Source: Hemiscyllium ocellatum
Lineage: Eukaryota
Assembly: GCF_020745735.1 (NCBI RefSeq)
Contig: NW_026867467.1
Span: forward strand, 1 to 64,000
DNA length: 64,000 bases
Reading direction: 5' to 3'
In this document: positions 24,720-37,029 of the stretch, one piece after another
Position numbering within the stretch: the first letter of the stretch is position 1
Layout: each line of letters opens with the position of its first letter
Notes under the pieces: model-generated
Database searches by the model: none
Seen by the model: the letters and a program-made list of their open reading frames with translations, nothing else
What the model was told of the DNA's origin: nothing
Made by a program: the position numbers and the translations under genes

Positions 24720-26950
24720 CAGTTTCTCACCACCCTCTGGGTGAAAGCCTTTTTCCTTCATTACACAGACCATGAGTATAGGAGTTAGGACATCATGTTG
24801 AGGTTGTACAGGCCTCTTTTAGAATACTGTGTCCAATTCTGGTCTCCCTGTTATAGGAGGGGTATTGTTAAACTGTTCAGAAAATATTTACAAGGATGTT
24901 GCCAGGACTGGATGGTTTGAGTTCGATGGAAAGGAGCTTGAAGGTTGAGGGGTGACCTTACAGAGGTGTATAATATAATAAGGAGCATATATAAGGTGAA
25001 TGTCAGATGTCTTTTCCCTCGGGTGATAGACTTCAGGGTTTGTATATGAAGAGGAAGTGATTAGAGAGATATGGAACAAGTACAGGTAAATGGGACTAGG
25101 GTAAATTAGGATATCTGGTCAGCATGGATAAGTTGGGCCGAAGGATCTGTTTCTGTGCTGAAAGTCTCTATTACTCAATGACATGGTTGAGATGGATAAA
25201 ATAATGAGGGGTGTTCATAAGGGAGACAGTGAGGAAATTTTCCCCTTGGACTAGGGAGCTTATTCCCCCCTAGACTTCAGCACTAGGGGACATACTTTTA
25301 AAGTGAGAGGAGAAAGATTTAAAAGGGAAATGAGGGTCAGCTTTTTCTACACAGAGAGTGGTTCGTGAGGAATTAATGGATGCGGGTACAGTTCCAATGT
25401 TTAAAAGGTATTTGGACAAACAGGAAAGTATTGAAGGGATATGGGCCAGGAGCAGGTGGTGGGACTAGTTTTGTTTGGGATTATGGGTAGCATGGACTTT
25501 GGGGGGAACCAAAAGGTCTGTTTCCATGCTGTATGACTTTATCACTGACATTCCCCTTAAGTCTCCTGCCCCTTACCTTAAATATCTGCACTGCCTTCCA
25601 GTCTTTCCAACATTTGTCTTTATTGGTTCCTCCATCAAGGGGAATATTTCCTTACTGTCTACCCAATCAACACCGCTCATTATTTTGTACATCTCAGTGA
25701 TCTCATAGAGTCAAACAGATGTACAACACAGAAACAGATCCTTCAACCCAACTCGTCCATGCCAACCTGATATCCAAAATTAACCTCGTCCCATTTACCA
25801 GCACTTGGCCCTCTAATCCCTTCCAGTTCAAATTAAAAATCACCCAACACCAGGTTATAATCCAACAGGTTTATTTGGAACCACTAGCTTTCCAAACACT
25901 GCTCCTTCATCAGGTGGTTGTGGAGTTTTCTTCTACCCCTCCCGATGCCTTTTATATGTTACTAGCCTTGTACTGGCCTGCACTTCCTCTTGCATACATG
26001 CACCGCCTGTTGCATGAAAACATTGCCCCTTAGGACCCTTGTAAGTCTTTCCCCTCTCACCCTAAACCTATGCCCTCTAGTTCTGGACTCCCCCACCCCA
26101 GGGAAAAGACCTTGTCTATTTACCCTATCCATGCATCCATGACTTTATAAACCTCTAGAAGGTCACTCCTCAACCTTCGACACTCCAGGGAAACCAGTTC
26201 CAGCCTATTCAGCCTTTCCTGTAGTTCAAACCCTCCAACCCTGGCAACATCCTTGTAAATCTTTTCTGAACCCTTTCAAATTTCACAACATCCTTTCTAT
26301 AGGAATCAGAGCAGAATTGCACACAATACTCCAAAGGTGGCCTAACCAATGTCCTGTACCGCCACAACATGACCTCCAAACTCCTTTACTCAATGCTCTG
26401 ACTAATAAGGGAAAGTATATCAAATGCCTTCTTCACTATCCTATCTACCTGTGACTCCCCTCTCAATCTCTCTGGTCTAAGGAAAACGAACCAATCTTTC
26501 CAGTCGCTCTTCATAACTGAAACTCTCCAGCTCAGACAATATCTTTCCAAGTCTTGAGTGCTAACACATCCCTCCTTAAATGGGGATTCCAGAAATGCAG
26601 ACAACAAGCTAGCTGTCCCCTAGCCAATGTTTTCGATAGTTCTAACAGAACTTCCCAGCTCAAACTCGGTGCTTAACAAGGAAAGGCGAGTTTATCACCT
26701 GTGCTGGTGTTTAAGTGACTGGGGGACATGCACAACAAGGTCCCTCTGATCTTCAGTGCTTCCCAGGGCCCTATAGTTCATCACGTATTCCCTTACCATG
26801 ATTGCCCTCCTATGATCTAAGCCCATCTTCCTCACTGTTTGCCACCACACTGGTTTTCATATCATCCGTGAACTCACTGATCAATCCTCCAACTTTCAAG
26901 TGAAAGTTATTTCAATAAACCTAGAAACTGCGAGGTCCCAATACTGGCCT
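24720..26950. mobile_element. Cluster of nested CR1-type 3' fragments in both orientations
   Basis: Repeated RIVKKAF..LSLISQSIE and YCVQFWSP remnants with several family tails. Confidence 0.75.
25830..25922 (-). mobile_element. Second family of hammerhead-bearing short repeat (probably Penelope-derived)
   Basis: Minus strand CAC CTGATGA A GGAGC AGT GTTTG GAAA GC TA GTG (25916 to 25882). A paralogue lies at 62643-62776. Confidence 0.7.
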
Positions 26951-26966
26951 CTGCAAGATCCAACTG

Positions 26967-29407
26967 GGAGAAAATGAGGACTGCAGGTGCTGGAGATCAG
27001 AGCTGAAAATCTGTTGCTGGAAAAGCGCAGTAGGTCAGGCAGCATCCAAGGAGCAGGAGAGTCGACGTTTTGGGCATGAGCCCTTCTTCAGGAATGAGGA
27101 AAGTGTGTCCATCAGGCTAAGATAAAAGGTAGGGAGGAGGGACTTGGGGGAGGTGCGTTGGAAATGCGATAGATGGAAGGAGGTCAAGGTGAGGGTGTTA
27201 GGCCAGAGTGGGGTGGGGGCGGAGAGGTCAGGAAGAAGATTGCAGATTAGGAGGCGGTGCTGAGTTCGAGGGATTTGACTGAGACAAGGTGGGGGGAGGG
27301 GAAATGAGGCAACTGGAGAAATCTAAGTTCATCCCTTGTGGTTGGAGGGTTCCTAGGAGGAAGATTAGGCGCTCTTCCTCCAGCCGTCGTGTTGCTATGG
27401 TCTGGCGACAGAGGAGTCCAAGGACCTGCATGTCCTTGGTGGAGTGGGAGGGGGAGTTGAAGCGTTGAGCCACGGGGTGGTTGGGTTGGTTGGTTCGGGT
27501 GTCGCAGAGGTGTTCTCTGAAACGTTCCGCAAGTAGGCAGCCTGTCTTCCTAATATAGAGGAGGCCCCATCGGGTGCAGTGGATGCAGTAAATGATGTGT
27601 GTGGAGGTGCAGGTGAATTTGTGGTGGATATGGAAGGATCCCTTGGGCCTTGGAAGGAAGTAAGGGGGGAGGCAATTTTGCATCTCTTGCAGTTGCAGGG
27701 GAAGGTGCCGGGAGTGGAGGTTGGGTTGGTGGGGGGTGTGGACCTGACGAGGGAGTCACGGAGGGAATGGTCTTTTTAGAATGCTGATAGGGGAGGGGAG
27801 GGAAATATATCTCTGGTGGTGGGGTCTGTTTGGAGGTGGTGGAAATGACAACGGATGATACGATGTATATGGAGGTTAGTGGGGTGGTAGGTGAGGACCA
27901 GTGGGGTTCTGTCCTGATGGCGATTGGAGGGGCGGGGCTCAAGGGCAGAGGAGCGGGAAGTGGAGGAGATGGGGTGGAGGTCATATTCGATCACGTCTGG
28001 GGAGATATTGCAGTCTTTGAAGAAGGAGGCCATCTGGGCTGTACGGTATTGGAACTGGTCCTCCTGGGAACAGATGCGGCGGAGACGAAGGAATTGGGAA
28101 TATGGGATGGCGTTTTTACAGGGGGCAGGGTGGGAGGAGGCGTAGTCTAGGTAGTTGTGGGAGTCGGTCGGTTTATAGTAAATGTCCGCATTGATTCGGT
28201 TGCCTGAGATAGAAGGGGAAAGGTCTAGGAAGGGGAGGGAGGTGTCTGAGATGGTCCAGGTAAATTTGAGGTCGGTTGGTAAAGTGGATGAACTGTTCAA
28301 CCTGCCTCCACGAGGCAGCGCCGATACAGTAATCAATGTAGCGGAGGAAAAGGTGGGGGGTGGTGCCAGTGTAGTTGCGGAAGATGGACTGTTCCACATA
28401 TCCTACGAAGAGGCAGGCTTGGCTGGGGCCCATTCGGGTGCCCATGGCAACTCCTTTTGTTTGGAGGAAGTGGGAGTGTTGGAAAGAGAAGTTGTTCAGG
28501 GTGAGGACCAGTTCAGTCAGTCGAAGGAGGGTGTCAGTGGAAGGGTACTGGTTGGTACGGCGGGAAAGGAAGAAGCGGAGGGCTTTGAGTCCTTCATGAT
28601 GGAGGATGGGGGTGTACAGGGACTGGATGTCCATGGTGAAGATAAGGCGTTGGGGACCGGGGAAGCGAAAATCATAGAGGAGGTGGAGGGCGTGGGTGGT
28701 GTCCCAAACGTAGGTGCGGAGTTCTTGGACTAAGGGGGACAGGACCATGTCGAGGTATGCAGAGATGAGTTCGGTGGGGCAGGAGCAGGCTGAGACAATG
28801 GGTCGGCCGGGGCAGTCAGGTTTGTGGATTTTGGGCAGGAGGTAGAAACGGGCGGTGTGGGGTTGTGGGACTCTGAGTTTGGAGACGGTGGATGGGAGAT
28901 CCCCTGAGGTGATGAGGTTATGGATGGTCTGGGAGATGATGGTTTGGTGGTTGGAGGTGGGGTCATGGTCAAGGGGGCAGTAAGAGGAGGTGTCCGCGAG
29001 CTGGTGTTTAGCCTCAGCGGTGTAAAGGTCGGTGCGCCAAACTACTACCGCGCCTCCCTTGTCTGCCGGTTTGATGGTGAGGTTGGGGTTGGAGTGAAGG
29101 GAGTGGAGGGCTGCACGTTCTGAGGGTGAGAGGTTGGAGTGGGTGAGAGGGATGGAGAGGTTGAGGTGGTTAATGTCGCGGCGGCAGTTGGCTATGAAGT
29201 GATTGAGGGCAGGTAAGAGGCCAGCACAGGGTGTCCAGGTGGATGGGGTGTGTTGGAGGCGGGAGAAGGGGTCGTCAGAGGGTGGGCGAGAATCCTGGTT
29301 GAAGAAGTAGGCACGGAGGCGAAGCGGCAGAAGAATTGTTCGATGTCTCGCCGCGTGTTGAACTCGTTCATCCGAGAGCGTAGGGGAATGAAGGTGAGGC
29401 CTTGTAC
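26967..29407 (-). mobile_element. 5'-truncated Penelope-like retroelement: RT, GIY-YIG endonuclease and terminal repeat with hammerhead motif; frameshifted
   Basis: GLTFIP...DIEQFF; HFLQTKGVAMGTRMGPSQACLFVGYVE...FLRYID; IYCIHCTRWGLLYIRKTGCLLAERFREH...HPVAQRFN. The hammerhead at 27096 to 27060 has GAAA mutated to AAAA. Confidence 0.95.
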
Positions 29408-29659
29408 AGCTTGGGGAAGGTAGAAAGGGACAGTGGTAGCGTCTTTACCTCTGAGCTAGGAGATTCAGTTTCAAGTCCCACCTGGTCTAGAGGAATACCG
29501 TACCATCACTGAACAGGTTGGTTGAGAAACTATCTCCAAGGTGTTTTCTCCTCTCCTGAAATCCTGAATAGACATTCCAGCAACACCTCTGCACCTGAAT
29601 GGCACTGTCTCTTCTCAATCTAATCTTTCTTCCTTCCATCCGAACCTCTTTTGGGAGAT

Positions 29660-29776
29660 TTACAGCATTCACTTTACCCCAGGGAAGTGAGTTTTGCAGC
29701 TTTTAAAAACTTTTACGTTTGTGTCTTCACTGAAACAGCAGCAGGAATTTATCTTCTTGGATAACACACACACACA

Positions 29777-29818
<42 letters not shown>

Positions 29819-30360
29819 CTGAACCCTGATCTCGGATGATGACCTCTGCAGGGAGACAGACATCAACTGTAAATAACCTCTTGGATCTTCCTGTACATCG
29901 ACAGCATTGGTCTGTTTGGGTGCCTGCTTTTCTAAACTGTGTCGAAGCAACAAATGATGATAGATTCATAACAGTTTTCCTCCAATCCATGTTTAAGGCA
30001 CGTGTTTGTGTTATTTTTCACTGAGTGTTGCTATAATCTTCTAAAATTGGGAGTGGCCTCCATCTCAGATGACCACACCAGCGTGCCTTGGGGACCCTGA
30101 GGAAATGATTAGGGAAGTGTATCTGTACCATGCCACCTTCTGCACCCTGTACTGCCAGATAGTGCTCCCTCAGTATCTCAGAAAGCACCTCCTCTGTATG
30201 TTTATCCCCAAAGCACCTCGACAGAACATTCATGCCCTCAACACCTCAGAAAACAAACCTGTTACCCCCTTGGACCGTGTTCATCCCCAAACCTGTTCTC
30301 ACTGTGGTGACCCACAGCCACCCCCAAGATTGGAGCCCTTATTTGGGTCCCTGGATTGAT
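29660..30360 (+). repeat. Dispersed duplicated segment containing a (CA)n microsatellite (29763-29815)
   Basis: Colinear with the reverse complement of 52490-53720. Confidence 0.85.
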
Positions 30361-30366
30361 TATAGA

Positions 30367-30620
30367 ATGTGGAAGCAGGCCATTCGGCCTATCAGGTTCA
30401 CACTGACCCTCGGCAGAGCATCCCATCCCCCCACTCTATCCCTGGATCCCTTCATTTCCACTGGCTAATCCACCGAGCCTGCACAGCTTTGGACAGTGGG
30501 AGGGAACTGAAGCACCCGGAGGCTGACACGGGGAGAATGTGCAAACTCCACACAGACAGTCGCCCGAGGCTGGAATCGAACCCGGGTGGGGTGAGGCAAC
30601 AGAGCTAACCACAGAGCCCC
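30367..30620 (-). mobile_element. tRNA-derived SINE (V-SINE/HE1-like)
   Basis: Minus strand has the B-box-like GGTTCGATTCC and the core GTGGAGTTTGCACATTCTCCCCGTGTC. Confidence 0.85.
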
Positions 30621-31048
30621 TGTGACAATCCCACTATCTCCTCCCTGTTGATGACCGTTTGATGTGTATACCCGGGGAGTATCTAACTTGTCTAGCGTTT
30701 ATTTAAGAAAGATTAGGGAAAAGGACAATGCCTCCACAAGCTCAAGATGCTTGGTCCCCCTCTAAAAAATATTTGTATTAGTTTCAAACAGAGACTTTAT
30801 TCACAAAAAAATGATGTACAAACGTAGTAACTAAAGTTTGGTTCTGTACAGTCTTTACTACAAGCCTTTATGATGACATAAATACTTCTCTTGGCTGATT
30901 AACTGAAATGTTAGATCTGAGCTGTTCCTTCTTAATTAACATCATAAAGTTACATTGATAAGGATTTTTGTGAAGTGCCATAAATCTTTATCTGTTCCCC
31001 CATGCACCCGCGCCCTCCAAATACAATGCCTTACAAAGGCTTAAACCT

Positions 31049-31222
31049 GAGCTGAAAATGTGTTGCTGCAAAAGTGCAGCAGGTCAGGCAGCATCCAAGG
31101 AGCAGGAGAATTGACGGAAACATCGATTCTCAAGCTCCTTGGATGCTGCCTGACCTGCTGCGCTTTTCCAGCAACACATTTTCAGCTCTGATCTCCAACA
31201 TCTGCAGTCCTCATTTTCTCCT
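31049..31222. mobile_element. Fold-back Penelope terminal-repeat element with deleted hammerhead centre
   Basis: Inverted arms GCTGAAAATGTGTTGCTG.../...CAGCAACACATTTTCAGC. Confidence 0.8.
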
Positions 31223-31711
31223 AAAAGCCTTCAACCTGTTTGTCAACTTTCAACAGAAGCAACCTCAGGGCATGAACACAGACTGAGTTGCTCAGTCACA
31301 CATGATTGATTGGGTCAGATCAGATTCTCAAGCAAACACCCGCACAGATTGCTGGGGAAATTCAGCAGATCAGACAGCAACGGTGAAGAGAGAGAGGAAC
31401 AATTCACATTTCAAGTGACCCTTCCTCAAAACGGTCTGTTCTGAAGGAACTTTTCCGCAGAAATGACTGGATTGAAAGGTGAACTCTCTCTCTCTCTCCC
31501 TTCACAGATGCTGCCGGACATGCTTAGCTTCTTCAGCAATCTCTGTATTGATGGTTCAGGTTTCCAGCGCGTCTGTACAAGTTGATTTTAGTGTTGAATT
31601 CCCAAGCTTGCTCTATTATAGAGATTGAATTCCTCTGCTACAAAGGGGGGTCTCAGTTACTTAAGCTAACTGGTTCGTGATGCCAACATTGTTGGCTCAA
31701 TTTCTATCATG

Positions 31712-31937
31712 GAGGAGAAAGTGAGGTCTGTAGATGCTGGAGATCAGAGCTGAAAATGTGTTGCTGGAAAAGCGCAGTAGGTCAGGCAGCATCCAAGGAA
31801 CAGGAGATTCGACGTTTCGGGCATAAGGCCTTCTTCAGGAATCAGATTCCTGAAGAAGGCCTTATGCCCGAAACGTCGAATCTCCTGCTCCTTGGATGCT
31901 GCCTGACCTTCTGTGCTTTTCCAGCAACACATTTTCA
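31712..31937. mobile_element. Near-perfect fold-back element with two identical head-to-head hammerhead motifs; 17-bp TSD
   Basis: TSD GCTCAATTTCTATCATG at 31695-31711 and 31938-31954. Perfect 43-bp arms flank the single A at 31844. Confidence 0.93.
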
Positions 31938-32749
31938 GCTCAATTTCTATCATGTCTGAAATTACCATCAAGGCCCCAACTTCTCCACCTCGCCCCTCCC
32001 CTGAGGTGTGTAACCCACCAGTCCTCTCTCTCTGACAAGAAAGCAGCTCTCGGGTCCTCCTGGTCTACAATAACTTCCCAACTTTAAAAAGGCACTCCAG
32101 TAAGAGAGCTCTTTACATGGTTCAGATCAAAATCCTGGAGTTCACTCCCTAACATCAACGTGGGACACCAAGGGCTATAGCAGGAGAATACAGCTCACCC
32201 CCACCATCCAGGCAACTGGATGGTGTGGTAATCTCATGCAAGTGAAATTTGCAAGTAACCTTTATTACAAGGTCACGGTGGATGGTCACTAAGACTGTTT
32301 CTTTCCCTCTGTTCAAATCAGTGTAACGGAGAACCAAAGGATGGGGTGAAAATGACAGTGATAGCATTTCGTAGGTTGGTGTTTGTTTGAGGTTGCATCA
32401 TCTCTATGAATGTTTGAACACTTATTCAAGGGCATGCAGTTAGCTGCCAGGGGATATGGTGGGGGCTGGTACAATTGCGACATTTAAAAGGCATCAGGAT
32501 GAGTATGTGAATAGGAAGGGTTTAGAGGGATATCAGCCAAGTGTTAGCAAATGGAACTAAATTAAGTTGGATATCTGGTTGGCATGAATAAGTTGGGCCG
32601 AAGGGCCTGTTTCCATGCTGTGCATCTCTCTGGTTAGACTGTTGCAGAGTTTCAGACAGGGCTTGGATTGTGTGTCTCTCTCATACTTTCTCAGAATCTG
32701 CAAACGCAATGTCTCCATATTTCCACAAAACATTAAGAAAGAGAAAAAA

Positions 32750-35700
32750 AAAGGTCAGTACTGAGGGAGTGCCACACTGTTGGAGGGTCAGTGATACGTT
32801 AGTGTTGCACTGTCAGAGGATCTGTACTGAAGAAAAGCTGCACTGTCAGATTGTCAATACTGAAGGATTGCTGTACTGTCAGAGGGTCAGTTAGGATGGA
32901 GTGCTGCACTGTCAGAGGGTCAGTACTGAGGGAGTGCTGCACTGTCAGAGGGTCAGTACTGAGGGAGTGCTGCACTGTCAGAGGGTCAGTACTGAGGGGA
33001 AGTTGCACTGTCAGAGGGTCAGTACTGAGGGAAAGTTGCACTGTCAGAGGGTCAGTGCTGAGGGAGTGCTGCACTGTCAGAATGTCAGTACCGAGGGAGT
33101 GCTGTACTGTCAGGGAGTGAGTGCTTAGGCAGTGCTGCACTGTGAGAGGGTCTGTAATGAGGGAGTGTTGCACTGTCAGAAGGTCATCATGCAGTGAGCA
33201 CTCCACTGTCAGAGGGTCATTACTGAGGGAGTGCCACTCTGTGGAGAGTGAGTACTAAGTTAATGTTGCAGTCGGAGGATCAGTAAATAGGCAAACCTGC
33301 ACTGTCAGAGGATCAGTACTGGGGGGCGCAACACTGCCGGACCTTCAGTACTGAGGGAGTGCTGCACTGTCAAAGGGTCAGAGCAAAATGAGCGCTGCAC
33401 TATTGCAAAGTCATTACTGTGGAAGCACAACATTATCGGAGCATAAGTACTGAGGGAGCACTAAATTGTCAGAAGAACAGTATCGAGAGAATGCCACTCT
33501 GTCAGAGGTGTTGTAGTGAGGAAGTGCTGCATTATCAGAGGGTCAGTATTGAGGGAGCACTATTGAGGGAATGCCACCCTGTCAGAGGTTCTGTAGTGAG
33601 GGAGTGCGACACTGTCAAAGGGTCAGTACAGAGGGAGTGCAATACTGTCAAGGGTCAGTGCTGAGGAGGCGCTGCACTGTCAGAGGGTCAGTACTGAGTG
33701 AGTGCTGCACTGTTAGAGGGTCAGTACTGTGGGTCCATTGGAATGTCAGAGGGTGAGAATGGATGGAATACCGCACTGTCAGAGTTTCATTACAGTGCAG
33801 TGCCACACTGTCAGAGAGTCACTACTGGGGGAGTGCTTCTCTGTCAGAGGGGCAGTACCGAGAGAGTGTCACACTGTTGGAAGGTCAGTACTGAGGGAGT
33901 GGCACACTGTCAGGGAGTGAGTTATGAGGGAGTGCCACACTGTTGGTTGGTCAGTACTGTGGGTGTATCGGAATGTCGGAGGGTCAGAATGGAGGGAATA
34001 CCGCACTGTCAGAGTTTCATTACAGTACAGTGCCAAACTGTCAGAGTGTCACTACAGGGGGAGTGCTTCTCTGACAGAGGGGCAGTACTGAGAGAGTGTC
34101 ACACTGTCAGAGGGTCAGTACGAATGGAGTGCTGCACTCTCGGAGTGTCAGAAGTGAGGGAACTCCACGCTGTCAGAGTGTCAGCATAGACAGAGTGCTG
34201 CACTGTCAGAGGATCAGTATTGAGTGTGTGCTGCACTGTTAGAAGGTCAGTACTGGGGGAGTGCAGCACTGTCAGAGGTTCAGTATGCGGGAGTGCAACA
34301 CAATTAAAGTGTCAGTACTGAGGGAGTGCTGCATTGGCAGAGGGTCAGAACTGGCAAAACACCGCACTGTCAGAGGGTCAGTACTGAGGAAGTGCTCATT
34401 CTCGGAGGGTCAGTAAGGAGGGAGTGCTGCACTGTTGGTCAGTCAGTAAGGAGGGAATGGCGCACTGTCGGAGCAAGAGCACTGTGAGAGGTCTGTACCG
34501 GGGGAATGTCACACTGTCCAAGGTTCAGTCCTCAGGGAATGCTACACGATCAGAGGGTCAGTACTGAGAGAGTGCTGCACCATCAGAGGGTCAGTACTGA
34601 GGGACTGCTGCACTGTCTGAGTGTCAGTCCAGGGGAAGGCCACACTGTCAGAGCGTCAGTAATGTGGGAGAACTGCGCAGTCGGTAGGTTGGTAATGAGG
34701 GAGTACCGCATTGTCAGAAGATCAGTCCTGAGGGCGTGCTACACTGAGAGAGGGTCAGTACAAAACGAGCACTGCACTTTTGGAGGGTCATTACTCAGGG
34801 AGAACAACATTGTCAAAGGTCAGTACTGAGGATGTGCTGCATTGTCAGAGGGTCAGTACTGAGGGAGCACTGCACCGTCAAAGGTCAGTACTGAGGATGT
34901 GCTGCACTGTCAGAGGGTCAGTACTGAGGGAGCGGTGCACTGTCAGAGGGTCAGTACTGAGAGTGTGGCACACTATTGGAGAGTCAATACTCAGGGAGCA
35001 CCACGCAATCAAAGGGTCAGTACGGAGACAGTGCCTCACTGTTGGAGTGTCAGTACTGAGAGAGTTCCTCACTGTCAGAGGGTCAGTATGGGGCAGTGCC
35101 GCATTGTCATTGACTTTCCAAAATGTGGCACACCCTCAGTACTGATCCTCTGACAGATCGCCATACACACAGTGCTGAGGGAGTGCCACACTTTTGGAAA
35201 GACAGTATTGAGGGAGTGGTGCACTGCCAGAGGGTCAGTCCAAAGGATGTGCCGAACTATCGGAGGAGAGTACTGAGGGAGCACTGCACTGTCAAAGGGT
35301 GAGAAGTGTAGGAATGCACACTGTCAGTGGGTCAGTACTGAGGGAGTACCGCATTGCCAGAGGATCAGTATTGAGGGAGTGTTACACTGTCAGAGGTCAG
35401 TACTGAGGGAGTGCTAAACTGTCAAAGGGTCAGTACAAAATGAGCACTGAACTGTTGAACGGTCATTACTGAGGGAGAACAACACTGTCGTAGCGTCAGT
35501 GCTGAGGGAGTGCTGCACTGTCAGAGAGTCAGCACAGAGGGAGTGCTGCACTGTCAGAGGGTCAGCACAGAGGGAGTGCTGCATTGTCAGAGTGCCGTAC
35601 AGAGGAAGTGCTGCACTGTCGGAGGGTCACACGGAGGTCTGTACTGAGGGAGTGTCACACTGTCAGAGGTTAAGTCCTCAATGAATGCCACCTTGTCAGA

Positions 35701-36965
35701 GGGTCAGTACTGAGGGAGCATTGCACCATCAGAGGGTCAGTACTGAGGGACCGCTACATTGCCAGAGTGATAGTACTGAGGGAGTACTGTACTGTCAAAT
35801 GTTCAGGACTGAGGGAGTGCTGCACTGTCAAAGGTGCAGGACAGAGGGTGTTGTCGCACTGTCGGTGTCAGTACTGATGGAATGCCGCACTGTTGGAGAG
35901 TCAGCACTGAGGGATAGCCGCACTGTCAGGAGTTTAGTACTGAGGGAGGGCCGCACTGTTGGAGTGTCATCACTGACAAAGGGCCGCACTGTCAGGAGTT
36001 TAGTACTGAGGGAGGGCCGCACTGTCAGGAGTTTAGTACTGAGGGAGGGCCGCACTGTCAGGAGTTTAGTTCTGAGGGAGGGCCGCACTGTCAGGAGTTT
36101 AGTACTGAGGGAGGGCCGCACTGTCAGGAGTTTAGTTCTGAGGGAGGGCCGCACTGTCAGGAGTTTAGTACTGAGGGAGGGCCACACTGTCAGGAGTTTA
36201 GTTCTGAGGGAGGGCCACACTGTCAGGAGTTTAGTACTGAGGGAGGGCCGCACTGTCAGGAGTTTAGTACTGAGGGAGGGCCACACTGTCAGGAGTTTAG
36301 TACTGAGGGAGGGCCGCACTGTCAGGAGTTTAGTACTGAGGGAGGGCTGCACTGTCAGGAGTTTAGTTCTGAGGGAGGGCTGCACTGTCAGGAGTTTAGT
36401 ACTGAGGGAGGGCCGCACTGTCAGGAGTTTAGTACTGAGGGAGGGCTGCACTGTCAGGAGTTTAGTACTGAGGGAGGGCTGCACTGTCGGAAGGACAGCA
36501 CTCAGGTAGTGCAGCACTATCAAAGGGTCAGTACTGAGCGAGTGGTGCACTATCAGAGGGTCAGTACTGTAGGTGTGTTGCAATGTCAGCAGTTTATTAC
36601 TGAGGGAGTTCCACATTGTCAGAGGATCAATGGTGACGGAGCTCCGTACTGTCAGTGGGTCAGTACTGAGGGAGTGCTGCACTGTCATAGGGTCAGTACT
36701 GAGTGAGCACTACTGTTTGAATTAGTCAGTACTGTGAGAGTGTCAGTACTGAGGGAGTGCCTCACTATTGGAGGGTCAGTACTGCTGGAACACTGTACTG
36801 TCAGAAGGTCAGGACTGAATGTGCGCTCCATTGTCAGAGGATCAGTATTGAGGGAGCGTTGCACTGTTAGAGGTTAGGACTGACAGAAAGCATCAATGCC
36901 AGAGGGTCAGTACTGAGGGAATGCTGCAATGTCAGACAGTCAGTACTGAGGGAGTGCTGTGGTCG
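32750..36965. repeat. 33-bp minisatellite array (~4.2 kb, on the order of 125 units)
   Basis: Consensus GTGCTGCACTGTCAGAGGGTCAGTACTGAGGGA. A homogenised variant block lies at ~35925-36485. Confidence 0.97.
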
Positions 36966-37029
36966 AAGAGGATTATCTGGAATTACAGAACACAGAACAT
37001 AGAAACGTACAGCATGGAACAGGCCCTTC

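Noticed and set aside
29727-29990. Paralogous small proteins MDWRKTV...FRKAGTQTDQ (also 52898-53146)
   Set aside because: The similarity follows from DNA duplication. The ORF runs into a microsatellite, the adjoining opposite-strand ORFs differ by a frameshift, and I see no sign of codon-level constraint.
30367-30620. tRNA genes
   Set aside because: The A/B-box-like heads here and in similar copies continue into SINE bodies, and none forms a full cloverleaf.
31380-31570. Third hammerhead family in a decayed palindromic element
   Set aside because: It resembles the other terminal-repeat elements, but the catalytic core is not recognisable in this copy.
32799-36706. Long ORFs on both strands (up to 286 aa)
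   Set aside because: They are artefacts of a 33-bp (11-codon) period that lacks stops in some frames.
32750-36965. CRISPR array
   Set aside because: The 33-bp units abut directly with no unique spacers, there are no cas genes, and the context is vertebrate.
32750-36965. Array of cryptic RSS heptamers (CACTGTC)
   Set aside because: No nonamer occurs at 12 or 23 bp, and the heptamer is non-consensus.
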